NCBI GenBank assembly: GCA_963751455.1
Contig: CAVVUN010000012.1
Location: 256,001 to 320,000 of the forward strand
DNA: 64,000 bases
Source of the DNA: Nitrospirota bacterium
GTDB lineage: Bacteria > Nitrospirota > UBA9217
Direction: 5' to 3'
The stretch's first letter is position 1. Each line of letters begins with the position of its first letter. The translations under genes were made by a program, and so were the position numbers. Under the pieces are notes generated by a model that saw nothing but the letters and a program-made list of their open reading frames with translations, did not search any database and was not told the origin of the DNA. Below are positions 1 through 10,358 of this stretch, piece by piece.

Positions 1-373
1 TGAATGAAGGGACAAGGGAATTTTATCAATTGCGGATCATTCGACAGGACTTCGGCAAGCTCAGTCGAGGGCGCTCATGATGGTGAGCAACGTCGAACCA
101 TTGCGGATTGTGGAATGTTGGAACATTCTGGAGTGAGCGGTAGCGAGCGAATTCGTTTTTGCATTTCCAGAACCCCCTGCATCCCGTGCAACCGCCTGCA
201 TTCGCGCTATGCACTGCTTAGACTCATTGTCGTACCATCTCAATAGATAAACTCCCCTCACCCCTGCCCTTCTCCCCTGGAGGGAGAGGGAAAAAGGGAG
301 AGGGGGCTTTATTATCTGCGAGACGGGAACCAAGGGTGAAGCATAGACCCGTTATAAACCCGATAAAACCTCC

Positions 374-402
374 TTGACAAAAAAAATGCCTATTTGTATA
401 AT
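374..402 (+). promoter_or_regulatory. sigma70-type promoter upstream of the 590/1000 gene pair
   Basis: Perfect TTGACA (374-379), 17-nt spacer, TATAAT (397-402). Confidence 0.75.
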
Positions 403-589
403 CCTACCTCCACGATAGCAGCCTTCCTAAATCACGATAGCATTCACGGTTTAGCGTTGAATTTTTGTCGATCATGAGTAGTTTCTGCAAAGCTTTACCG
501 AAGCGCATCGTGTCCTTCACGTCATAAATCTTCTGAATACTGACAACGCATATCAAGTGTACTGCTTTAAAAATAAACAGGAGGTCTCT

Positions 590-1003
590 ATGAAGCAGCG
601 GCTTGCGGCATTATTGTTTTTCGTATTTCTCGCACTTTCAAGTGCGGCATGGGCGGACCCGCCTATTTCCGTCACTCACACCATGACGGACTTCAGCACT
701 GGCCTGGATACGGTTGTTGTGAGTTACAGTCTTACGGTCAAGAATTCCGGGACGAGCACCCTCTCCAATCTGGTTTTGTCTCTTGACCCGGTTCCTCTCA
801 TGAGCCGGGACCGGACCGTTCTGAACGTCGCGTCACTGGCGCCGCAGCAGCAAATGCAGCTCCCCGTTACCGTAACCAGTTCCATGGTCCTCGAGCAGAG
901 TGATTTCCGTCAGTTGCATCTTTTCTGGGACTATGAAGGAGAGATTGCTGAGAATGGTCCGGTAAAGGATCTTGCTGTTTCGGTTGAGGGAGGTGCGTTA
1001 TGA
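590..1003 (+). CDS. secreted Ig-like/CARDB-like small protein
   Basis: AGGAGG RBS before ATG 590; signal peptide ending AAWA; YSLTVKNSG beta-strand motif; stop overlaps next ATG (ATGA). Confidence 0.7.
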   Translation: MKQRLAALLFFVFLALSSAAWADPPISVTHTMTDFSTGLDTVVVSYSLTVKNSGTSTLSNLVLSLDPVPLMSRDRTVLNVASLAPQQQMQLPVTVTSSMVLEQSDFRQLHLFWDYEGEIAENGPVKDLAVSVEGGAL

Positions 1004-4000
1004 GACGCTCCCTGCCCGGACTTATTGCGGAGAAGCGCGGCCTGCTTTCAGCAATCTCGCTTTTCATTCTGTTCTTTCTGTCCATCCCGTCCCTTTCTCA
1101 GGCCGTTCCCTGCGCTGAGTCTGCTACCATTGCCGCGGGCGGGGCTATTTCAGTCGGCATTAAAGAGGATGGAACGGTCGCGGCTGTCGGTTATGACGCC
1201 GATGGCCAATTGAAGGTCTTCTCGTGGACGAACATCAAGTCCGTTGCAGCAGCCGACCGTCATGTGGTCGGTCTTAAAGACGATGGAACAGTCGTGGCTG
1301 TCGGTAATAACACCTATGGCCAGCTGAATGTGTCCTCGTGGACGAATATTATCGCGATTGCTGCAGGCCTGTATCACACGGTGGGGGTCAAGGAGGACGG
1401 CACGGTCGTGGCGGTCGGGCGAGACAATTACGGCCAGATAGAGGTGTCGTCGTGGACGAATATCATCGCGATTGCTGCCGACTCGGTTCATACGGTCGGC
1501 CTTAAATCCGACGGCACAGTCGTTGGGGCCGGATTCAATTCCTATGGTCAGCTGAATTTTTCTTCATGGAATCACATAAAGGACATTGCAACAGGCGATT
1601 TTCACACGGTCGGTCTTAAAGAGGACGGGACCGTCGTGGCGGTCGGTGATAACAACCAGGGCCAGATGAATGTGGGCTCGTGGACGAATATTACGGCCAT
1701 TGCAGCCGGCTGGGAGCATACCGTGGGGCTTAAAGCCGACGGCACAGCCGTTGCTGTCGGATCCAACGATTCAGGGACCGGCGAGTCGAATGTGTCCTCG
1801 TGGACGAACCTTACGGCCATTGCGGCGGGCTCGACTCATACGATCGGTCTTAAAGCGGATGGAACGGTTGTGGGCGCCGGAAATAACAGCTATGGCCAGT
1901 TGAATATTCCATGGTTGAACATAACTGCCGTAGCAGCAGGCACCAACCATACGGTCGCGGTTAAAGAGGATGGAACAGTCATAGGTTTCGGACTGAGAGA
2001 GTCGGGCCAGTTGCTGGTCACGTCGTGGACAGGCATCAAGGCCGTTGCAGGAGGCAACTTTCATACAGCCGGCCTGAAAGCGGATGGAACCGTGGTGGCT
2101 ACGGGAAGCAACACGTACGGCCAGTTGAATGTCTCCTCCTGGACGAATATAGCCGCTATTTCCGCAGCCGCACTGCAGACAGTCGGCCTGAGGCAGGATG
2201 GAACAGTCGTGGGCTCCGGAAATTACAATTCAGGCCAGTTGAACTTCTCCTCCTGGGCGAACATCAAAGCAGTTGCGGCAGGCTACTATCACACGGTCGG
2301 ACTTAAACAGGACGGAACAGTTGTGGCTGTCGGAAATAACACGTACGGCCCCGGCCAGTTGAACGTCACCTCGTGGACGAACATCAAGGGGATTGCCGCT
2401 GGCTACGCTCACACCGTGGGACTGAAAGAGGACGGAACAGTCGTGGCCGTCGGAAAAAATGATTATGGACAGTTGAATGTCTCCGGCTGGACGCACATCA
2501 AGGCGATAGCAGCAGGCTACAGCCATACGGTGGGACTGAAAGAGGATGGAACAGTCGTGGCTGTCGGAAAAAATGTTTATGGACAGTTGAATGTCTCCGG
2601 CTGGACGCACATCATTGCCGTTGCCGGAGGCTACAACCACACGGTTGGGCTTAAAGAGGACGCTACAGTCGTGGCAGCGGGCGACAGCAGGTATGATCAG
2701 ACAAATGTGTCCTGGACGATTATCAGGCAGCCTGTCTGCGGGGGCCGGGACGCCACGCCGCCCGTCACAACCGCTATCGTAAGCGGGACAGCGGGCGCGA
2801 ACGGATGGTACGTCTCGGACGTTTCAGTCTCCTTAACTGCAACAGACACGGGCTCGGGAGTTAAGGAGATCCACTACACTCTTGACGGAACCGAGACTGT
2901 CGTGCCGTCGAGCACCGCGTCGTTTACCGTAAGCGGGGACCGCCGGCACACCGCTCCCTATTACGCAAAGGACAACGCCGGCAATAGCGAGGATCCGCCG
3001 CATGATCTCGCAATCAATATTGACACGATGCCGCCCGCCATCTCGGCGTCCACCCTCCCGCTTCCGAATAAGAATGCGTGGAACAACACCGATGTGACCG
3101 TAACGTTCACCTGCAATGATACCGGGTCCGGGATTGCATCCTGCACTGCTCCGGTAACCGCCTCCGCTGAAACGCAGGGCCGGGAAGTGAGCGGAACGGC
3201 TGTCGACAACGCGGGCCTTACAGCAACAACCTCGGTCACGATAAAACTCGACAAGACCCCTCCGGTGATCAAGACGACGATCACACCGGCTCCGAACACG
3301 TACGGGTGGAACAAAACGGATGTTACCGTAGCATTCGAATGTATTGACAACGGGTCAGGCATTGCTTCCTGTCCCGCTTTTGCATTCTTCAACGCCGAAG
3401 CACCCAACCAGACAACTACCGGCACGGCCTATGACCTGGCAGACAACAACACCCCGACGACGGTGACGGTGAATATCGACAAAACACCGCCTTCGATAAC
3501 GGCAACCGTCACGCCGGCTCCGAACTCAAATGGATGGAACAACACCGATGTCATGGTCACGTTCACCTGTGCCGATTCCGGGTCGGGGATCGCATCCTGC
3601 CCTGCTCCGGTAACCGTCCCCTATGAAACGCCGGGGCAGGAGGTGAGTGGAACAGCAGTAGACAAGGCGGGGCTTACTGCAACTGCCTCGGTCACGATAA
3701 AACTCGACAAGACCCCTCCGGCTATCACAATCACCGGGATCAGCAATGGAGGGACCTATCTTCTCGGCGGGGTGCCTGTTGCCGGCTATTCACTAACTGA
3801 CAATCTTTCAGGCGTGGCCGGTCAAAACGCATCATTGGCCGGTGGAGATGCGAACGGGGTAGGAACATATACGTATACCGTCAGCGCGACAGACCGGTCC
3901 GGAAATACGTCGCAGACGAGCGCAACCTATACGGTGACATACGCTTTCGGCGGTTTTCTCACGCCGGTCAGTCTTAACAAACCGTTTAAGCTGGGGAGCA

Positions 4001-4290
4001 CGATACCGGTGAAGTTCCAGTTGATGAATGCAGGCGGAGAATATATTTCCTCGGCCCGCGCCGCGCTTACCCTGCAGAAATACTCCGATGATCAGCCGGC
4101 TGGAGATCCGATAGATGCAACGTCCACCAGCGGGGCGGACACGGGCAACCTTTTCAGATATAATTCCACGGACAACATATATATTTTCAACCTGAGTACA
4201 GCCGGGCTGACAAGCGGCACGTGGCTCGTCAACGCAACGCTGGATGATGGGACGATAAGGACTGCGTTTATTTATCTTAAGACAAATTAA
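1000..4290 (+). CDS. secreted RCC1-repeat (BLIP-II-like) beta-propeller protein with Ig-like repeats and C-terminal PxKF domain
   Basis: Signal peptide; 14 repeats of AAGxxHTVGLKxDGTVVAVGxNxYGQL; DxTPP Ig-like modules; GSTIPVKFQL motif. Confidence 0.88.
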   Translation: MRRSLPGLIAEKRGLLSAISLFILFFLSIPSLSQAVPCAESATIAAGGAISVGIKEDGTVAAVGYDADGQLKVFSWTNIKSVAAADRHVVGLKDDGTVVAVGNNTYGQLNVSSWTNIIAIAAGLYHTVGVKEDGTVVAVGRDNYGQIEVSSWTNIIAIAADSVHTVGLKSDGTVVGAGFNSYGQLNFSSWNHIKDIATGDFHTVGLKEDGTVVAVGDNNQGQMNVGSWTNITAIAAGWEHTVGLKADGTAVAVGSNDSGTGESNVSSWTNLTAIAAGSTHTIGLKADGTVVGAGNNSYGQLNIPWLNITAVAAGTNHTVAVKEDGTVIGFGLRESGQLLVTSWTGIKAVAGGNFHTAGLKADGTVVATGSNTYGQLNVSSWTNIAAISAAALQTVGLRQDGTVVGSGNYNSGQLNFSSWANIKAVAAGYYHTVGLKQDGTVVAVGNNTYGPGQLNVTSWTNIKGIAAGYAHTVGLKEDGTVVAVGKNDYGQLNVSGWTHIKAIAAGYSHTVGLKEDGTVVAVGKNVYGQLNVSGWTHIIAVAGGYNHTVGLKEDATVVAAGDSRYDQTNVSWTIIRQPVCGGRDATPPVTTAIVSGTAGANGWYVSDVSVSLTATDTGSGVKEIHYTLDGTETVVPSSTASFTVSGDRRHTAPYYAKDNAGNSEDPPHDLAINIDTMPPAISASTLPLPNKNAWNNTDVTVTFTCNDTGSGIASCTAPVTASAETQGREVSGTAVDNAGLTATTSVTIKLDKTPPVIKTTITPAPNTYGWNKTDVTVAFECIDNGSGIASCPAFAFFNAEAPNQTTTGTAYDLADNNTPTTVTVNIDKTPPSITATVTPAPNSNGWNNTDVMVTFTCADSGSGIASCPAPVTVPYETPGQEVSGTAVDKAGLTATASVTIKLDKTPPAITITGISNGGTYLLGGVPVAGYSLTDNLSGVAGQNASLAGGDANGVGTYTYTVSATDRSGNTSQTSATYTVTYAFGGFLTPVSLNKPFKLGSTIPVKFQLMNAGGEYISSARAALTLQKYSDDQPAGDPIDATSTSGADTGNLFRYNSTDNIYIFNLSTAGLTSGTWLVNATLDDGTIRTAFIYLKTN

Positions 4291-4378
4291 GACAGGGAAA
4301 TCGGGATAGCCGGAGTCTGATCAGTCAGTAACGAAGGCGGTTTCCGGCCAGGTGCAGGCTATAATTTCAATCTGATTG

Positions 4379-4416
4379 AAGAGAAGGATCGTGAACATTC
4401 ACGATCCTTCTCTTTT
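4379..4416 (+). terminator. intrinsic terminator hairpin after RCC1 gene
   Basis: Perfect 17-bp inverted repeat AAGAGAAGGATCGTGAA/TTCACGATCCTTCTCTT followed by T's. Confidence 0.75.
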
Positions 4417-4417
4417 G

Positions 4418-4499
4418 GTCCGCCCGCAGGGGCACTCACTCGAAGGTGCAAGTCCCCTACGGACATTGATGACGGGAACCGTTAGCCGAACCGCAAGGG
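4418..4499 (+). mobile_element. 5' remnant of a group IIC intron (start of domain I only)
   Basis: GTCCGCCCG..GGG..GGTGCAAGTCCC..AACCGTTAGCCGAACCGCAAGGG resembles the group IIC 5' end as recalled (GTGTGCCCG..GGTGAGAGTCCC..AACAGTTAGCCTAACGCAAGGG); lies directly after a terminator. Confidence 0.65.
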
Positions 4500-4640
4500 C
4501 CTTTATCCCTACATCAAAACTTAAATGATAAAGCTGCCAATAAATACCGTTCGTTAATAAGACCCAAGGAATTCCTGAATTGGCGCATAGTTTTCTGCTT
4601 GTTCTATGTTTTTCTTTCAAAGCTATTCCGGCTTGCTTAA
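4500..4640 (-). pseudogene. fragment of a type I restriction HsdR N-terminal (PD-(D/E)xK) domain gene
   Basis: Reads KQAGIALKEKH..(EQAENY in shifted frame)..ANSGIPWVLLTNGIYWQLY; no start, truncated. Confidence 0.55.
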
Positions 4641-4860
4641 CGGAGACCGTGAATCTGGCGAGAGCCGACATCCTTCCGAACGACATTTATAGGATAGTAG
4701 AATCTGGCGATTTATCGCATCTTCTTTGATCCACGAAAACTTGCCTTTTGATATTAATAATAAAATCTGCGAGGTATATTTATAATATTATCCCGGTTCA
4801 ATTGGAAATTAATATTGATCGTAAGTCAAACGAACGCTCTCGATCAAAAAAGGAAAGGAG

Positions 4861-4937
4861 GCAACTGCTCAGGTCATTTTTCAATCCGCAGATTACAGAG
4901 ATTTCGCAGATGAAAGCAAATGAGTCTGGTTTTAAAA
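4861..4937 (-). mobile_element. degenerate partial copy of the 10192-10358 MITE, inverted
   Basis: gcaactgctcaggtcatttttcaatccgcagattacagagatttcgcagat...ctggttttaaaa aligns to the reverse complement of ~10279-10358. Confidence 0.65.
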
Positions 4938-4968
4938 AGCTGACTAATTACGAAAGGAGAATAAAGCT

Positions 4969-5322
4969 ATGAAATTGATACGGATGGTTTTACTTGTTAC
5001 GTCAGCTCTTGTCGTTATGGTCTCTCTGGTTCTTGCTCAAGGCACTGTGGAAAAAGGAAAGGCCCTCTTCAATGACCCTAAGGCCTTCAGCGCACCGGGC
5101 GAAAAATCATGTAGTTCCTGCCATCCGGATGGAAAAGGATTAGAGAAAGCAGGAGCGCCCGGCAGGAAAGACTGGACGAATCCGGGAGGGAAATGGCTCT
5201 CGCTTGAAGATGCCAACAATGTCTGCATCATGATGGCAAACAAGGGGAAGACTATCGATCCCAGATCGGATGAAATGAAGGATTTAGTCGCCTATATGAA
5301 GTCCTTGGGAAAAAATAAATAA
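4969..5322 (+). CDS. periplasmic monoheme cytochrome c (SoxA/TsdA-like domain)
   Basis: AAGGAG RBS; signal peptide; CSSCH heme motif; distal Cys in SLEDANNVC. Confidence 0.85.
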   Translation: MKLIRMVLLVTSALVVMVSLVLAQGTVEKGKALFNDPKAFSAPGEKSCSSCHPDGKGLEKAGAPGRKDWTNPGGKWLSLEDANNVCIMMANKGKTIDPRSDEMKDLVAYMKSLGKNK

Positions 5323-5354
5323 ACGAAGCCGGTGTTTCCTGGACCGGGATATTA

Positions 5355-5383
5355 AGGGAGGGGCTTAGTCCCTCCCTTCCCCC
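5355..5383 (+). terminator. putative terminator hairpin
   Basis: Imperfect purine/pyrimidine inverted repeat (AAGGGGAGGGG..CCCTCCCTT) after the cytochrome stop. Confidence 0.4.
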
Positions 5384-5503
5384 TGATCCGGGGCTCTATC
5401 TTGTCTGTGTCGGATACAACTCCGGAAAGAACCATTCCGCCGCATGAATGGGGAACCCTAATTTCACTCTCTATTTATAAGCAAAGCTCCTGCCCGGGCT
5501 TGC

Positions 5504-6343
5504 TTACTGAATTGTTGTTTTTGGCTGAAGAATATAACTTTCTCCGGGTTTAAGAACGACAATCTCCACTTCGGGCGCCACTTTTTTGGCCTGCGCTACA
5601 AACTGCTCGGGACTCGACACGAGCATCGGGAAGGTGCCGTAATGCATGGGCATTGCTTTTCCCGGCTTGAGAAGCCTCAGGCTTTCGGCCGCCTGCACGG
5701 CATCCATCGTGAACGCACCGCCGATCGGCAACAAGGCCATATCCATCGGATACAGTGTTCCATAGATCTGCATATCGCTGAAAATTGCGGTATCGCCGGC
5801 ATGGTAAATAGTTGCTCCGCCGGGGAATGTTATAATGTGGCCAACGGCCGCACCGGAGTCCGAGGAGTGGACGGCAGGAGTCATAACGAGAATAATTCCA
5901 TTCACGTTTATTGGTCCGCCGATACCCCTGCCATAGCCGCCGAACAGGACATTCTGCGGTGGCAGGCCCTCAGCTATAAGCTTTTGAGCGGTTTCATATT
6001 CGGCCACGACAATTGCCCCGGTGTTCTTTGCAATCGCTATCGTGTCTCCCGCGTGAATCGTTTTTCCCTCGCTATCATACGTATCTCCCACGTGATCGAA
6101 ATGATCATGGCTGATAAAAATCAGATCTGCAACCTTAATGTCGTTAACCTTAATAATGCCCTGGGCTGCAGGATTGTAGGTGATCCAGGGATCTATCAGG
6201 ACAGTCTTTCCGCCTGATTCCAGCTTAAAAGCGGATTGGCCCCAATACGTCATGGTAACATCGCCTGTTCCGGCATACGCTGCCGAGAACAGAAACATCG
6301 TAAGAACAGCCATTGTTGCGAACACTGACAAAAGTTTTTTCAT
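5504..6343 (-). CDS. exported metallo-beta-lactamase-fold metal-dependent hydrolase (UPF0173-like)
   Basis: Signal peptide; IDPW, SHDHFDH, HAGDT, LPIGG, PMHYGTF motifs. Confidence 0.9.
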   Translation of the reverse strand: MKKLLSVFATMAVLTMFLFSAAYAGTGDVTMTYWGQSAFKLESGGKTVLIDPWITYNPAAQGIIKVNDIKVADLIFISHDHFDHVGDTYDSEGKTIHAGDTIAIAKNTGAIVVAEYETAQKLIAEGLPPQNVLFGGYGRGIGGPINVNGIILVMTPAVHSSDSGAAVGHIITFPGGATIYHAGDTAIFSDMQIYGTLYPMDMALLPIGGAFTMDAVQAAESLRLLKPGKAMPMHYGTFPMLVSSPEQFVAQAKKVAPEVEIVVLKPGESYILQPKTTIQ

Positions 6344-6522
6344 TTTCGTTTTCTTCTTTTTTTTAAAGTAAAAGCCGGGCAGGAGCTGTTAAAAACAGTT
6401 CGCATTTTAAAAAACAATACCCACAGATAGCTTACGGATTTAATTGAGTCGGATAAAAATAGGATCACATTGAAAAGAAAGGAATTTTGCAGATGGGAAT
6501 TTCGATTGTGTGGAGGGGATTA

Positions 6523-9500
6523 TTAAATAGGCCTCAACATCTCAGCTCTCAGCTTTTCTGTTTTTGAAGACGGCTTGATACCGAGCGTTTCATTCATCAC
6601 GAAGCTGCACTGGTTATAAATTCTCAGGACCTCCGACTCCAGCCCGAGCTTGTGATGGCAAATCATGAGATGTTGATAGAATTGCTCGGCCATACTATCT
6701 ATCTCAAGACCCTTCTGGAGAATCTGAACAGCCTTGTTCCACTCCCCGGTGCTCTCAAGGTGTTCGCAATATCTCGTAATAACGAAAATAAATTTATTCC
6801 GGAGGCGCTCCCGTTTGGCACCAGTGCCTAATTTATCGGAATCATGGGACAGAAAATGGCCTCGATAAATCTTCACGGCTTTCTCGGCCTGCGCGGCATT
6901 CGGAGGGGATGCGCTTTTGGCCTTGTCGAAAAGCCGTTCAAAAGCCCAGACATCAACCCAGCATTGTCCGGGATCGAGGCTCAGAAGCCCTTCCTTGAGA
7001 CGGATTGCTTTATCATTCCCTATTAACAGACGCAACCGATGCAGTGTAATGTCAAAAGATTTATGCGCCAGATCACCATCAGCATCGGGCCACAGGATAT
7101 CGGTCAGCTGTTCTTCGTGTACTTCCCGCCCTCCAAGGGCAATCAATACCTTGAGTAAAGCCAAAGGCTTTTGCTGAACTTTTCCGGAAAATATAACGGG
7201 TCCGTTCTCTTTGATGATTTCGAATTTACCGAACACATATATTCTTATTGGCCATGGCCACTCCTCGATCTCCACCAGGCGATCAGAGGGAACCAGGTTG
7301 CGTTTCCGGATAAGTTCACGTACATACTCGACCTCGATCCCGGCCTTGAGCGCCTTTTCGCACATCCAGACCAGAAAATAGGGAGGGAATACGCAAAAAT
7401 TTAAAAATTTCCCTTTGCCCCTCCCAATTGCAAGCCCTTTGCGAAGCAATTCAAAACCGTTTTCATCCGTGCCCTGATCAAAGGCGGATCTGGCCTCGCA
7501 GACCATGCATATGAATTCAATATAGGAGCAGTTCATTGCGATGGCCGAGGTTTTGGCAGCCGTAAGATGTCCGGCAGCTTCCTCGTGTTCATTTTTTTGA
7601 ATCAGTGAAAGCGCAAGCCCGGTTTGAAACATTGTCTCAGCCAGAATATAACCGGACTTCTTGGCCAGCTCCACAGCAACCCGTGCATAGCCCGCAGCCC
7701 GATCGAGGTCTTTGTGGTGTATAGCTTGAATATACAGCAGGTAATTGTAGAGAGCGACATCTATATAACTGGAGCTGTTGACGACGGCAGCGAGTTTATT
7801 CAGGCATTCCGATGCAGCGGGATAATTACACGATGTTAAATGACTGAATGCCGCCTCTGCGAGCAGCCTGAAATCCATCAGATGAATGCCGTTTGTTTCG
7901 GCAACATCCATGCCGTTCTTGACGGCGTTCAGGCAATCATTGTGTAAATTGGTGAACCAGCAATACCTGGCGAGCATTGCATACCAGGTAATCAAAGTGA
8001 GCGGCGGGCTCCCCCCCGAGTCTATAACAGGCTGCAATTCATTAATGATCTCTTCGGCCTTAGCAAAGTCCCCGAACAGCACCGCATAGTTGATGGCGAG
8101 CAGGCTTCCGTCATTTTATAATTCATATCAGGGACCGCCTGCATAAGCTCTCTTACATGGTCCTGCCATTTCGAAAAGTCCGGGTGCTGCGGCCGCCTGA
8201 ACATGAGGGCACTGAGCATCGCGGCTGCTGCTTGCGCTTCAACCTGAAATGAAGGGAATACCGGATAACGTACCAGGAGCTCCTCCATCTCGGAAATCCA
8301 GCGGTCAAGCGGTCTGAAATCTCCCCATGCATAAATATAAGTCGTAACCACCCCCGCCCAGGACAGGTAAAGGCCGGCAGGATCATTCCGGACCTTGAAC
8401 TGCACAAAGGCCCTCTCGAAACAAGAACGACTTTCAAGAATGTTGAAAGAAAGCCGGGAAGCGCCGAGCCAGTAGAGGAGCCAGGGTGAGGTATCAGTCT
8501 GCATTTGCGGAATGAAGCTGATCCATGTTTCCAAAGTCCTGTTCCGGCCCTGGGACAACAGAGAAGCTGCATTGTTCGTTATTAACCGGACAAGATCTTC
8601 ATATCTCCTCAACTCGACAAGAAGCAGCGCGGCATCCTCGACCATGTTCGATCGTTCCAGTATTTCTGCTGCAGCCATCTGTATTTTTTCCAGGTCCTCA
8701 CTGGAAAAAAAGGACTTTGCTTTTGTCGCCAGAAAATCCCTGAATAGGGAATGGTATTGATAAACAGGGAGGGCCAGGGAGCGTCTTTCCGTGAAATAGT
8801 GATTCCTGCTTAAATAGGCCAATTTCCTGCCTGCTTCCCGGTCTCCTGACACGTGTTCCGCCATGTGAGAATCCATTTTCGGAAGGAAGGCGGTCCTGAG
8901 TAAAAAATTTTGTATTTCCTCGTCCGCTTTCTCAAAAATTTCATTTGCAAAATAATCAAATATCTCATTCTCCTTCAATATATCCAGGGATTCGATATTG
9001 AAGCCGGCAGTCTTCCACCGCTCCAACAAGAGAACCAGTCCTGCAGCCCATCCTTCCACTTTTTGATAGAGGCTTTTTATATCCGCAGGGCTGACCTCTT
9101 TACGCTTTTGGCCCCGGATGAGCGTTTTTGTTTCATGGAGGCTGAAGCTGAGTTCGCCAAAACCGAGATATGATATTTTTTTATTGGCCCGGAGGCGTGC
9201 AAACGGTTTTAAAGGTTCAGCCCGGCTTATTATTATTACATTGATATGGTCGGGCAGTATTGACAGGCCTTCCTTGATCAACTCGTGTAACCGGGAATCA
9301 GCGGGAATCTCCTGATAGTTGTCGAATACGAGGACAAAAGGCGGTCTCAGTCTTCCATAAAGGTTTTCGAAAAACTTCCCGGCAAATATACTCAATGCCT
9401 GAAGGTATTCCGGAGATAAGATCGGAAGGGGCTTCCGGTAACGGGGCGCAGCCTTCTTTGCCGCCAGTCCCATATAATAAAAGAAGCCAGCTATATCCGA

Positions 9501-9713
9501 GTCCCCCCCGTCCACTTGATACCAGAGGCAGGGCAGCCTGCGCGCCTCAAGATAACTCGAGATAAGAGTAGTCTTGCCCGAACCGGCGGGACCGGCTACC
9601 CAGATTACCGGCTGTTTCCGGCTTTTATCGAGTTGTCTGAAGAGCCTCTCCCGCCGTAACACACCCGAAATTCCCGGCCGGGTTATTTTGGGTAATTGAA
9701 CATCATTTCTCAT
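6523..9713 (-). pseudogene. MalT-like ATPase-TPR-wHTH/BTAD transcriptional regulator, frameshifted near 8107
   Basis: ORF 8022-9713 has Walker A GPAGSGKT and a MalT-like region; ORF 6523-8082 has TPR and BTAD (LWPD..TLHRLR, CWVDVWAFE); one extra G in acg-g-aagc joins the frames. Confidence 0.8.
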
Positions 9714-9957
9714 GGCTGGGCATCCTTAATTCTCTTTTGAATGGTCTGAAATATCTGCTGCGTCGGGTATTTTTTTCTTCGTATACTTCAATGGTAGCAT
9801 AACTCAAATTATTCACAGGGCAAGCCATGCAAATTCACATAAAGTTTATGGATAATGCAAAAAAGTGGTCCAAGTTTCAATAGCACTTGTACCCATCCAA
9901 GTTCGCCCATCCTGAAAACCTCGTCCAAAAAAATAAGCTGATTAAAATTGCAACTCC

Positions 9958-10170
9958 CCGCAGCAAGCTGCGGTGTCACCTTATGTGCTAAGCCCGAAGC
10001 GTGAAAGAGCGAACGGAAGTAAATAAAGGAAATCATTGCGCGTGGTCGATTCACTATCATATCGTATTTCCTGTGAAGTACCGAAAAGCGCTGCTCGATA
10101 GAGATGTGGTGAAAATAATCAGAGAGACTGCCATAGGAATCCAGGAAAGATTTGAAATAGAAATAGAGCG
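9958..10170 (+). mobile_element. tnpA: IS200/IS605 left-end hairpin and truncated tnpA (Y1 HUH transposase)
   Basis: Hairpin CCGCAGC-AA-GCTGCGG (9958-9973), then HCAWSIHYHIVFPVKYRK; similarity stops before the HUH motif. Confidence 0.8.
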
Positions 10171-10191
10171 TCAAAAGATTGTCGTTATTTT

Positions 10192-10358
10192 GTAACTATT
10201 CAGCTTCTTTTCAGAACGGCATTAAGACAAATCTGAGAAAAAGCCTTCTATCCGCAGATTTCGCAGATGGACGCAGATTTTAAAACCAGAATTCAGGTTT
10301 TGTTTTTATCTGCGAAATCTGCGTGATCTGCGGATAAAAAAATGACCTGAGTAGTTAC
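10192..10358. mobile_element. 167-bp MITE
   Basis: TIRs GTAACTATTCAG / CTGAGTAGTTAC (11/12 match); 8-bp direct repeat GTTATTTT at 10184-10191 and 10359-10366; internal CGCAGAT/ATCTGCG palindromic repeats. Confidence 0.8.

Noticed and set aside
254-308. Purine/pyrimidine palindrome as an ncRNA
   Set aside because: Looks like a common REP-type intergenic palindrome; no further support.
409-525. c-di-GMP (GEMM) or purine riboswitch
   Set aside because: Lacks the GNRA-loop/GCAAA-type GEMM core and the purine riboswitch consensus; kept only as an unknown leader.
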